Source: the human T2T-CHM13v2.0 reference genome, Homo sapiens. Taken from it: 64,000 nt of DNA. The first letter of the stretch is position 1, and each line of letters begins with the position of its first letter. The translations under genes and the position numbers were made by a program. Positions 29,101 to 42,837 of the stretch are shown in pieces. The notes beneath the pieces were generated by a model. It saw only the letters and a list, made by a program, of their open reading frames with translations. It searched no databases and had not been told where the DNA came from. The DNA lies in NCBI RefSeq assembly GCF_009914755.1, contig NC_060939.1; one strand, given 5' to 3'.

Positions 29101-32100
29101 GCGATTCCATTCGAAATCGAATCAATTACATTGCAATCCATTACTATTGAGTCCGTTTTATTCCAGTCCACTGCATTCTGTTCCATTCCATTTGATTCCA
29201 TTCCATTCTATTCCATTCCATACTGTTGCATTCCATTGGATTCCATGCTATATCTATAAATTCAATTCGAGACCATTGCTTTTGAGTCCATTCTATATGA
29301 TTCCATTCCATTCAAGTCCATTACATTTGGTTCAATTCCATTCCATTCCACTCCCTTCCATTCCATTCCATTTGATATCAATCCATTCGATTCCATTACA
29401 TTCGAGCACATTCCATTCGAGTCCATTCCATTCGAGTCCATTCCATTCGATGCCATTCCATTTGATTCTATTCCATTAGTCTCCATTCAATTCCATTAAT
29501 CTCCATTCCATTCCATTCTACTCCAACTGATTCCATTCCATTCTATTCCTTTCCATTCCATTTCATTCCATTCCATTCCATTCCATTCCATTCCATTCCA
29601 TTCCATTCGTGTCCATTCCACTCCAGTCCATTCCATTCGTGTCCATTCCATTCCAGTCCATTCCATTTGTGTCCACTGCATTCCATTCCACTCCATTCCA
29701 TATTATTCCATTACACTCCATTCCATTCTATCACTTTCATTTCCATTCAATTCCATTCCATTTGATTCCATTCCACTCGGTTTCATTCCATTTGAGTCCA
29801 CTCCATTCCATTCCATTGCATTCCATTCAGTTCCATTCCATTCTGTTCCATTCCATTCCGTTCCATTACATTCCATTCCTTTCGGTACCATTCCATATTG
29901 TTCCATTCGATTCCATTCGAATCCATTCCATTCCAGTCCATTCCATTCGATTCCATTCCATTCATTTCAATTCCATTCCATTCCATTCCATTACATTCCA
30001 CTTGATTCCTCTCCATTCCCTTCCACTGCATTCCGTTCGATTCCATTCCATTGCATTGCATTCCATTCCATTGGATTGCATTCCATTCGATTCCATTCCA
30101 TTCGAATCAATTACATAGCAATCCATTACATTCGAGTCTATTCTATTCCGTTCCATTCGATTTCGTTCCAATCCATTCGATTCCATTCCATTCGATTCCA
30201 TTCCATACTATTGCATTCCATTCGATTACATTATATTCGAATAAGTTCCATTCAAGACCATTTCTTTTGAGTCCATTCTATTTGAGTCCATTCCCTTTGA
30301 TTCCATAACATTTGAGTCCATTCAATTCCATTCCTTTCGTTTCCATTCCATTTGATGCCATTCCATTCAATTCTGTTCTACTCGACTCCAATACACTCAA
30401 TTCCATTCCATCCGATTCCATTACATTCTTTTCATTTCTTATCCATTTCAAGCCATTCCACTCCATTCCATTCCACTCGTTTCCTTTCCATTCGAGTCCA
30501 TTCCTCTCCAGTCCATTCCGTTCAATCCATTCCATTCCAGTCCATTCCATTCGAGTCCGTTCCATTCCAGTCCATTCCATTCGAGTCAATTCCATTCCAT
30601 TCGATGTCTTTCCATAACGATCCATTCCATTCTATTCCTTTCGATTCCATTCCATTCTATTTCATTCCATTCGATTCCCTTCCATTGGACTCCTTTCCAT
30701 TCGAGTGCATTCCATTCCTTTCCATTTCTTTCCGTTCTGTACGATTCCTACCGTTCGATTTCATTTTGTTCCAGTCCATTCCTTTCGCGTCCATTCCATT
30801 CCATTTCACTCCATTCGATTCCATTCCACTCGATTCCACTTCGTTCCATTTCATTGCATTCCATTCTATTCAACTCTATTGCCTTCCATTCCATTCCATT
30901 CGATTACATTCCATGCGATTCCATTCGAAATCGAATCAATTACATTGCAATCCATTACTATTGAGTCCGTTTTATTCCAGTCGACTGCATTCTGGTCCAT
31001 TCCATTTGATTCCATTCCATTCTATTCCATTCCATACAGTTGCATTCCATTGGATTCCATGCTATAACTATAAATTCAATTCGAGAACATTGCTTTTGAG
31101 TCCATTCTATATGATTCCATTCCATTCAAGTCCATTACATTTGGTTCAATTCCATTCCATTCCATTCCCTTCCATTCCATTCCATTTGATATCAATCCAT
31201 TCGATTCCATTCCATTCGAGCACATTCCATTCGAGTCCATTCCATTCGATGCCATTCCATTTGATTCTATTCCATTAGTCTCCATTCAATTCCATTAATC
31301 TCCATTCCATTCCATTCTACTCCAACTGATTCCATTCCATTCTATTCCTTTGCATTCCATTTCATTCCATTCCATTCCATTTCATTCCATTCCATTCCAT
31401 TCGTGTCCATTCCACTCCAGTCCATTCCATTCGTGTCCATTCCATTCCAGTCCATTCCATTTGTGTCCACTGCATTCCATTCCACTCCATTCCATATTAT
31501 TCCATTACACTCCCTTCCATTCTATTACTTTCATTTCCATTCAATTCCATTCCATTTGATTCCATTCCACTCGGTTTCATTCCATTTGAGTCCACTCCAT
31601 TCCATTCCATTCCATTCCATTCAGTTCCATTCCATTCTGTTCCATTCAATTCCGTTCCATTACATTCCATTCCATTCGGTACCATTCCATATTGTTCCAT
31701 TCGATTCCATTCGAATCCATTCCATTCCAGTCCATTCCATTCGATTCCATTCCATTCATTTCAATTCCATTCCATTCCATTCCATTACATTCCACTTGAT
31801 TCCTCTCCATTCCCTTCCACTGCATTCCGTTCGATTCCATTCCATTGCATTGCATTCCATTCCATTGCATTGCATTCCATTCGATTCCATTCCATTCGTA
31901 TCAATTACATAGCAATCCATTACATTCGAGTCTATTCTATTCCGTTCCATTCGATTTCGTTCCAATCCATTCGATTCCATTCCATTCGATTCCATTCCAT
32001 ACTATTGCATTCCATTCGATTACATTATATTCGAATAAGTTCCATTCAAGACCATTTCTTTTGAGTCCATTCTATTTGAGTCCATTCCCTTTGATTCCAT

Positions 32101-32105
32101 AACAT
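14129..32105 (+). repeat. Expanded second copy of the higher-order repeat: A-A-B-C-(D/B)-C-D-E-F-G' (10 units)
   Basis: A markers at 14976 and 16779; C (GAATTC) at 19608 and 23191; E (TCTAGA) at 27463 = 9511+17,952; F starts at 28498 = 10546+17,952; the 5' G marker lies in the unit starting at 30312. Confidence 0.82.
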
Positions 32106-35100
32106 TTGAGTCCATTCAATTCCATTCCTTTCGTTTCCATTCCATTTGATGCCATTCCATTCAATTCTGTTCTACTCGACTCCAATACATTCAATTCCAT
32201 TCCATCCGATTCCATTACATTCTTTTCATTTCTTATCCATTTCAAGCCATTCCACTCCATTCCATTCCACTCGTTTCCTTTCCATTCGAGTCCATTCCTC
32301 TCCAGTCCATTCCGTTCAATCCATTCCATTCCAGTCCATTCCATTCGAGTCCGTTCCATTCCAGTCCATTCCATTCGAGTCAATTCCATCCCATTCGATG
32401 TCTTTCCATAACGATCCATTCCATTCTATTCCTTTCGATTCCATTCCATTCTATTTCATTCCATTCGATTCCCTTCCATTGGACTCCTTTCCATTCGAGT
32501 GCATTCCATTCCGTTCCATTTCTTTCCGTTCTGTACGATTCCTACCGTTCGATTTCATTTTGTTCCAGTCCATTCCTTTCGCGTCCATTCCATTCCATTT
32601 CACTCCATTCGATTCCATTCCACTCGATTCCACTTCGTTCCATTTCATTGCATTCCATTCTATTCAACTCTATTGCCTTCCATTCCATTCCATTCGATTA
32701 CATTCCATGCGATTCCATTCGAAATCGAATCAATTACATTGCAATCCATAACTATTGAGTCCATTTTATTCCAGTCCACTGCATTCTGGTCCATTCCATT
32801 TGATTCCATTCCATTCTATTCCATTCCATACAGTTGCATTCCATTGGATTCCATTCTATATCTATAAATTCAATTCGAGACCATTGCTTTTGAGTCCATT
32901 CTATATGATTCCATTCCATTCAAGTCCATTACATTTGGTTCAATTCCATTCCATTCCATTCCCTTCCATTCCATTCCAGTTGATATCAATCCATTCGATT
33001 CCATTCCATTCGAGCACATTCCATTCGAGTCCATTCCATTCGATGCCATTCCATTTGGTTCTATTCCATTAGTCTCCATTCAATTCCATTAATCTCCATT
33101 CCATTCCATTCTACTCCAACTGATTCCATTCCATTCTATTCCTTTCCATTCCATTTCATTCCATTCCATTCCATTTCATTCCATTCCATTCCATTCCATT
33201 CCATTCGCTTCTATTCCATTCGTGTCCATTCCATTGCAGTCCATTCCATTTGTTTCCACTGCATTCCATTCCACTCCATTCCATATTATTCCATTACACT
33301 CCATTCCATTCTATTACTTTCATTTCCATTCAATTCCGTTCCATTTGATTCCATTCCACTCGGTTTCATTCCATTTGAGTCCACTCCATTCCATTCCATT
33401 CCATTCCATTCAGTTCCATTCCATTCTGTTCCATTCCATTCCGTTCCATTGCATTCCATTCCATTCGGTACCATTCCATATTGTTCCATTCGATTCCATT
33501 CGAATCCATTCCATTCCAGTCCATTCCATTCGATTCCATTCCATTCCTTTCAATTCCATTCCATTCCATTCCATTCCACTTGATTCCACTCCATTCCCTT
33601 CCACTGCATTCCATTCGATTCCATTCCATTGCATTGCATTCCATTCCATTGGACTGCATTCCATTCGATTCCATTCCATTCGAATCAATTACATAGCAAT
33701 CCATTACATTCGAGTCTATTCTATTCCGTTCCATTCGATTTCGTTCCAATCCATTCGATTCCATTCCATTCGATTCCATTCCATACTATTGCATTCCATT
33801 CGATTACATTATATTCGAATAAGTTCCATTCAAGACCATTTCTTTTGAGTCCATTCTATTTGAGTCCATTCCCTTTGATTCCATAACATTTGAGTCCATT
33901 CAATTCCATTCCTTTCGTTTCCATTCCATTTGATGCCATTCCATTCAATTCTGTTCTACTCGACTCCAATACATTCAATTCCATTCCATCCGATTCCATT
34001 ACATTCTTTTCATTTCTTATCCATTTCAAGCCATTCCACTCCATTCCATTCCACTCGTTTCCTTTCCATTCGAGTCCATTCCTCTCCAGTCCATTCCGTT
34101 CAATCCATTCCATTCCAGTCCATTCCATTCGAGTCCGTTCCATTCCAGTCCATTCCATTCGAGTCAATTCCATTCCATTCGATGTCTTTCCATAACGATC
34201 CATTCCATTCTATTCCTTTCGATTCCATTCCATTCTATTTCATTCCATTCGATTCCCTTCCATTGGACTCCTTTCCATTCGAGTGCATTCCATTCCGTTC
34301 CATTTCTTTCCGTTCTGTACGATTCCTACCGTTCGATTTCATTTTGTTCCAGTCCATTCCTTTCGCGTCCATTCCATTCCATTTCACTCCATTCGATTCC
34401 ATTCCACTCGATTCCACTTCGTTCCATTTCATTGCATTCCATTCTATTCAACTCTATTGCCTTCCATTCCATTCCATTCGATTATATTCCATGCGATTCC
34501 ATTCGAAATCGAATCAATTACATTGCAATCCATTACTATTGAGTCCGTTTTATTCCAGTCCACTGCATTCTGGTCCATTCCATTTGATTCCATTCCATTC
34601 TATTCCATTCCATACAGTTGCATTCCATTGGATTCCATGCTATATCTATAAATTCAATTCGAGACCATTGCTTTTGAGTCCATTCTATATGATTCCATTC
34701 CATTCAAGTCCATTACATTTGGTTCAATTCCATTCCATTCCATTCCCTTCCATTCCATTCCATTTGATATCAATCCATTCGATTCCATTCCATTCGAGCA
34801 CATTCCATTCGAGTCCATTCCATTCGATGCCATTCCATTTGATTCTATTCCATTAGTCTCCATTCAATTCCATTAATCTCCATTCCATTCCATTCTACTC
34901 CAACTGATTCCATTCCATTCTATTCCTTTCCATTCCATTTCATTCCATTCCATTCCATTCCATTCCATTCGTGTCCATTCCACTCCAGTCCATTCCATTC
35001 GTGTGCATTCCATTCCAGTCCATTCCATTTGTGTCCACTGCATTCCATTCCACTCCATTCCATATTATTCCATTACACTCCATTCCATTCTATTACTTTC

Positions 35101-38100
35101 ATTTCCATTCAATTCCATTCCATTTGATTCCATTCCACTCGGTTTCATTCCATTTGAGTCCACTCCATTCCATTCCATTCCATTCCATTCAGTTCCATTC
35201 CATTCTGTTCCATTCCATTCCGTTCCATTACATTCCATTCCATTCGGTACCATTCCATATTGTTCCATTCGATTCCATTCGAATCCATTCCATTCCAGTC
35301 CATTCCATTCGATTCCATTCCATTCATTTCAATTCCATTCCATTCCATTCCATTACATTCCACTTGATTCCTCTCCATTCCCTTCCACTGCATTCCGTTC
35401 GATTCCATTCCATTGCATTGCATTCCATTCCATTGGATTGCATTCCATTCGATTCCATTCCATTCGAATCAATTACATAGCAATCCATTACATTCGAGTC
35501 TATTCTCTTCCGTTCCATTCGATTTCGTTCCAATCCATTCGATTCCATTCCATTCGATTCCATTCCATACTATTGCATTCCATTCGATTACATTATATTC
35601 GAATAAGTTCCATTCAAGACCATTTCTTTTGAGTCCATTCTATTTGAGTCCATTCCCTTTGATTCCATAACATTTGAGTCCATTCAATTCCATTCCTTTC
35701 GTTTCCATTCCATTTGATGCCATTCCATTCAATTCTGTTCTACTCGACTCCAATACATTCAATTCCATTCCATCCGATTCCATTACATTCTTTTCATTTC
35801 TTATCCATTTCAAGCCATTCCACTCCATTCCATTCCACTCGTTTCCTTTCCATTCGAGTCCATTCCTCTCCAGTCCATTCCGTTCAATCCATTCCATTCC
35901 AGTCCATTCCATTCGAGTCCGTTCCATTCCAGTCCATTCCATTCGAGTCAATTCCATTCCATTCGATGTCTTTCCATAACGATCCATTCCATTCTATTCC
36001 TTTCGATTCCATTCCATTCTATTTCATTCCATTCGATTCCCTTCCATTGGACTCCTTTCCATTCGAGTGCATTCCATTCCATTCCATTTCTTTCCGTTCT
36101 GTACGATTCCTACCGTTCGATTTCATTTTGTTCCAGTCCATTCTTTCGCGTCCATTCCATTCCATTTCACTCCATTCGATTCCATTCCACTCGATTCCAC
36201 TTCGTTCCATTTCATTGCATTCCATTCTATTCAACTCTATTGCCTTCCATTCCATTCCATTCGATTACATTCCATGCGATTCCATTCGAAATCGAATCAA
36301 TTACATTGCAATCCATTACTATTGAGTCCGTTTTATTCCAGTCCACTGCATTCTGGTCCATTCCATTTGATTCCATTCCATTCTATTCCATTCCATACAG
36401 TTGCATTCCATTGGATTCCATGCTATATCTATAAATTCAATTCGAGACCATTGCTTTTGAGTCCATTCTATATGATTCCATTCCATTCAAGTCCATTACA
36501 TTTGGTTCAATTCCATTCCATTCCATTCCCTTCCATTCCATTCCAGTTGATATCAATCCATTCGATTCCATTCCATTCGAGCACATTCCATTCGAGTCCA
36601 TTCCATTCGATGCCATTCCATTTGATTCTATTCCATTAGTCTCCATTCAATTCCATTAATCTCCATTCCATTCCATTCTACTCCAACTGATTCCATTCCA
36701 TTCTATTCCTTTCCATTCCATTTCATTCCATTCCATTCCATTCCATTCCATTCCATTCGTGTCCATTCCACTCCAGTCCATTCCATTCGTATCCATTCCA
36801 TTCCAGTCCATTCCATTTGTGTCCACTGCATTCCATTCCACTCCATTCCATATTATTCCATTACACTCCATTCCATTCTATTACTTTCATTTCCATTCAA
36901 TTCCATTCCATTTGATTCCATTCCACTCGGTTTCATTCCATTTGAGTCCACTCCATTCCATTCCATTCCATTCAGTTCCATTCCATTCTGTTCCATTCCA
37001 TTCCGTTCCATTACATTCCATTCCATTCGGTACCATTCCATATTGTTCCATTCGATTCCATTCGAATCCATTCCATTCCAGTCCATTCCATTCGATTCCA
37101 TTCCATTCATTTCAATTCCATTCCATTCCATTCCATTACATTCCACTTGATTCCTCTCCATTCCCTTCCACTGCATTCCGTTCGATTCCATTCCATTCCA
37201 TTGCATTCCATTCCATTGGATTGCATTCCATTCGATTCCATTCCATTCGAATCAATTACATAGCAATCCATTACATTCGAGTCTATTCTCTTCCGTTCCA
37301 TTCGATTTCGTTCCAATCCATTCGATTCCATTCCATTCGATTCCATTCCATACTATTGCATTCCATTCGATTACATTATATTCGAATAAGTTCCATTCAA
37401 GACCATTTCTTTTGAGTCCATTCTATTTGAGTCCATTCCCTTTGATTCCATAACATTTGAGTCCATTCAATTCCATTCCTTTCGTTTCCATTCCATTTGA
37501 TGCCATTCCATTCAATTCTGTTCTACTCGACTACAATACATTCAATTCCATTCCATCCGATTCCATTACATTCTTTTCATTTCTTATCCATTTCAAGCCA
37601 TTCCACTCCATTCCATTCCACTCGTTTCCTTTCCATTCGAGTCCATTACTCTCCAGTCCATTCCGTTCAATCCATTGCATTCCAGTCCATTCCATTCGAG
37701 TCCGTTCCATTCCAGTCCATTCCATTCGAGTCAATTCCATCCCATTCGATGTCTTTCCATAACGATCCATTCCATTCTATTCCTTTCGATTCCATTCCAT
37801 TCTATTTCATTCCATTCGATTCCCTTCCATTGGACTCCTTTCCATTCGAGTGCATTCCATTCCGTTCCATTTCTTTCCGTTCTGTACGATTCCTACCGTT
37901 CGATTTCATTTTGTTCCAGTCCATTCCTTTCGCGTCCATTCCATTCCATTTCACTCCATTCGATTCCATTCCACTCGATTCCACTTCGTTCCATTTCATT
38001 GCATTCCATTCTATTCAACTCTATTGCCTTCCATTCCATTCCATTCGATTACATTCCATGCGATTCCATTCGAAATCGAATCAATTACATTGCAATCCAT

Positions 38101-41100
38101 TACTATTGAGTCCATTTTATTCCAGTCCACTGCATTCTGGTCCATTCCATTTGATTCCATTCCATTCTATTCCATTCCATACAGTTGCATTCCATTGGAT
38201 TCCATTCTATATCTATAAATTCAATTCGAGACCATTGCTTTTGAGTCCATTCTATATGATTCCATTCCATTCAAGTCCATTACATTTGGTTCAATTCCAT
38301 TCCATTCCATTCCTTTCCATTCCATTCCATTTGATATCAATCCATTCGATTCCATTCCATTCGAGCACATTCCATTCGAGTCCATTCCATTCGATGCCAT
38401 TCCATTTGATTCTATTCCATTAGTCTCCATTCAATTCCATTAATCTCCATTCCATTCCATTCTACACCCACTGATTCCATTCCATTCTATTCCTTTCCAT
38501 TCCATTTCATTCCATTCCATTCCATTCCATTCCATTCCATTCGTGTCCATTCCACTCCAGTCCATTCCATTCGTGTCCATTCCGTTCCAGTCCATTCCAT
38601 TTGTGTCCACTGCATTCCATTCCACTCCATTCCATATTATTCCATTACACTCCATTCCATTCTATTACTTTCATTTCCATTCAATTCCATTCCATTTGAT
38701 TCCATTCCACTCGGTTTCATTCCATTTGAGTCCACTCCATTCCATTCCATTCCATTCCATTCAGTTCCATTCCATTCTGTTCCATTCCATTCCGTTCCAT
38801 TACATTCCATTCCATTCGGTACCATTCCATATTGTTCCATTCGATTCCATTCGAATCCATTCCATTCCAGTCCATTCCATTCGATTCCATTCCATTCATT
38901 TCAATTCCATTCCATTCCATTACATTACATTCCACTTGATTCCTCTCCATTCCCTTCCACTGCATTCCGTTCGATTCCATTCCATTGCATTGCATTCCAT
39001 TCCATTGGATTGCATTCCATTCGATTCCATTCCATTCGAATCAATTACATAGCAATCCATTACATTCGAGTCTATTCTATTCCGTTCCATTCGATTTCGT
39101 TCCAATCCATTCGATTCCATTCCATTCGATTCCATTCCATACTATTGCATTCCATTCTATTACATTATATTCGAATAAGTTCCATTCAAGACCATTTCTT
39201 TTGAGTCCATTCTATTTGAGTCCATTCCCTTTGATTCCATAACATTTGAGTCCATTCAATTCCATTCCTTTCGTTTCCATTCCATTTGATGCCATTCCAT
39301 TCAATTCTGTTCTACTCGACTCCAATACATTCAATTCCATTCCATCCGATTCCATTACATTCTTTTCATTTCTTATCCATTTCAAGCCATTCCACTCCAT
39401 TCCACTCCACTCGTTTCCTTTCCATTCGAGTCCATTCCTCTCCAGTCCATTCCGTTCAATCCATTCCATTCCAGTCCATTCCATTCGAGTCCGTTCCATT
39501 CCAGTCCATTCCATTCGAGTCAATTCCATTCCATTCGATGTCTTTCCATAACGATCCATTCCATTCTATTCCTTTCGATTCCATTCCATTCTATTTCATT
39601 CCATTCGATTCCCTTCCATTGGACTCCTTTCCATTCGAGTGCATTCCATTCCGTTCCATTTCTTCCCGTTCTGTACGATTCCTACCGTTCGATTTCATTT
39701 TGTTCCAGTCCATTCTTTCGCGTCCATTCCATTCCATTTCACTCCATTCGATTCCATTCCACTCGATTCCACTTCGTTCCATTTCATTGCATTCCATTCT
39801 ATTCAACTCTATTGCCTTCCATTCCATTCCATTCGATTACATTCCATGCGATTCCATTCGAAATCGAATCAATTACATTGCAATCCATTACTACTGAGTC
39901 CGTTTTATTCCAGTCCACTGCATTCTGGTCCATTCCATTTGATTCCATTCCATTCTATTCCATTCCATACAGTTGCATTCCATTGGATTCCATTCTATAT
40001 CTATAAATTCAATTCGAGACCATTGCTTTTGAGTCCATTCTATATGATTCCATTCCATTCAAGTCCATTACATTTGGTTAAATTCCATTCCAATAGGGTC
40101 AATTCCATTCCATTCCATTCCCTTCCATTCCATTCCAGTTCATATCAATCCATTCGATTCCATTCCATTCGAGCACATTCCATTCGAGTCCATTCCATTC
40201 GATGCCATTCCATTTGATTCTATTCCATTAGTCTCCATTCAATTCCATTAATCTCCATTCCATTCCATTCTACTCCAACTGATTCCATTCCATTCTATTC
40301 CTTTCCATTCCATTTCATTCCATTCCATTCCATTCCATTCCATTCCATTCGTGTCCATTCCACTCCAGTCCATTCCATTCGTATCCATTCCATTCCAGTC
40401 CATTCCATTTGTGTCCACTGCATTCCATTCCACTCCATTCCATATTATTCCATTACACTCCATTCCATTCTATTACTTTCATTTCCATTCAATTCCATTC
40501 CATTTGATTCCATTCCACTCGGTTTCATTCCATTTGAGTCCACTCCATTCCATTCCATTCCATTCAGTTCCATTCCATTCTGTTCCATTCCATTCCGTTC
40601 CATTACATTCCATTCCATTCGGTACCATTCCATATTGTTCCATTCGATTCCATTCGAATCCATTCCATTCCAGTCCATTCCATTCGATTCCATTCCATTC
40701 ATTTCAATTCCATTCCATTCCATTCCATTACATTCCACTTGATTCCTCTCCATTCCCTTCCACTGCATTCCGTTCGATTCCATTCCATTGCATTGCATTC
40801 CATTCCATTGGATTGCATTCCATTCGATTCCATTCCATTCGAATCAATTACATAGCAATCCATTACATTCGAGTCTATTCTATTCCGTTCCATTCGATTT
40901 CGTTCCAATCCATTCGATTCCATTCCATTCGATTCCATTCCATACTATTGCATTCCATTCGATTACATTATATTCGAATAAGTTCCATTCAAGACCATTT
41001 CTTTTGAGTCCATTCTATTTGAGTCCATTCCCTTTGATTCCATAACATTTGAGTCCATTCAATTCCATTCCTTTCGTTTCCATTCCATTTGATGCCATTC

Positions 41101-42837
41101 CATTCAATTCTGTTCTACTCGACTCCAATACATTCAATTCCATTCCATCCGATTCCATTACATTCTTTTCATTTCTTATCCATTTCAAGCCATTCCACTC
41201 CATTCCATTCCACTCGTTTCCTTTCCATTCGAGTCCATTACTCTCCAGTCCATTCCGTTCAATCCATTGCATTCCAGTCCATTCCATTCGAGTCCGTTCC
41301 ATTCCAGTCCATTCCATTCGAGTCAATTCCATCCCATTCGATGTCTTTCCATAACGATCCATTCCATTCTATTCCTTTCGATTCCATTCCATTCTATTTC
41401 ATTCCATTCGATTCCCTTCCATTGGACTCCTTTCCATTCGAGTGCATTCCATTCCGTTCCATTTCTTTCCGTTCTGTACGATTCCTACCGTTCGATTTCA
41501 TTTTGTTCCAGTCCATTCCTTTCGCGTCCATTCCATTCCATTTCACTCCATTCGATTCCATTCCACTCGATTCCACTTCGTTCCATTTCATTGCATTCCA
41601 TTCTATTCAACTCTATTGCCTTCCATTCCATTCCATTCGATTACATTCCATGCGATTCCATTCGAAATCGAATCAATTACATTGCAATCCATTACTATTG
41701 AGTCCGTTTTATTCCAGTCCACTGCATTCTGGTCCATTCCATTTGATTCCATTCCATTCTATTCCATTCCATACAGTTGCATTCCATTGGATTCCATTCT
41801 ATATCTATAAATTCAATTCGAGACCATTGCTTTTGAGTCCATTCTATATGATTCCATTCCATTCAAGTCCATTACATTTGGTTCAATTCCATTCCATTCC
41901 ATTCCTTTCCATTCCATTCCATTTGATATCAATCCATTCGATTCCATTCCATTCGAGCACATTCCATTCGAGTCCATTCCATTCGATGCCATTCCATTTG
42001 ATTCTATTCCATTAGTCTCCATTCAATTCCATTAATCTCCATTCCATTCCATTCTACACCAACTGATTCCATTCCATTCTATTCCTTTCCATTCCATTTC
42101 ATTCCATTCCATTCCATTCCATTCCATTCCATTCGTGTCCATTCCACTCCAGTCCATTCCATTCGTGTCCATTCCGTTCCAGTCCATTCCATTTGTGTCC
42201 ACTGCATTCCATTCCACTCCATTCCATATTATTCCATTACACTCCATTCCATTCTATTACTTTCATTTCCATTCAATTCCATTCCATTTGATTCCATTCC
42301 ACTCGGTTTCATTCCATTTGAGTCCACTCCATTCCATTCCATTCCATTCCATTCAGTTCCATTCCATTCTGTTCCATTCCATTCCGTTCCATTACATTCC
42401 ATTCCATTCGGTACCATTCCATATTGTTCCATTCGATTCCATTCGAATCCATTCCATTCCAGTCCATTCCATTCGATTCCATTCCATTCATTTCAATTCC
42501 ATTCCATTCCATTCCATTACATTCCACTTGATTCCTCTCCATTCCCTTCCACTGCATTCCGTTCGATTCCATTCCATTGCATTGCATTCCATTCCATTGG
42601 ATTGCATTCCATTCGATTCCATTCCATTCGAATCAATTACATAGCAATCCATTACATTCGAGTCTATTCTATTCCGTTCCATTCGATTTCGTTCCAATCC
42701 ATTCGATTCCATTCCATTCGGTTCCATTCCATACTATTGCATTCCATTCGATTACGTTATATTCGAATAAGTTCCATTCAAGACCATTTCTTTTGAGTCC
42801 ATTCTATTTGAGTCCATTCCCTTTGATTCCATAACAT

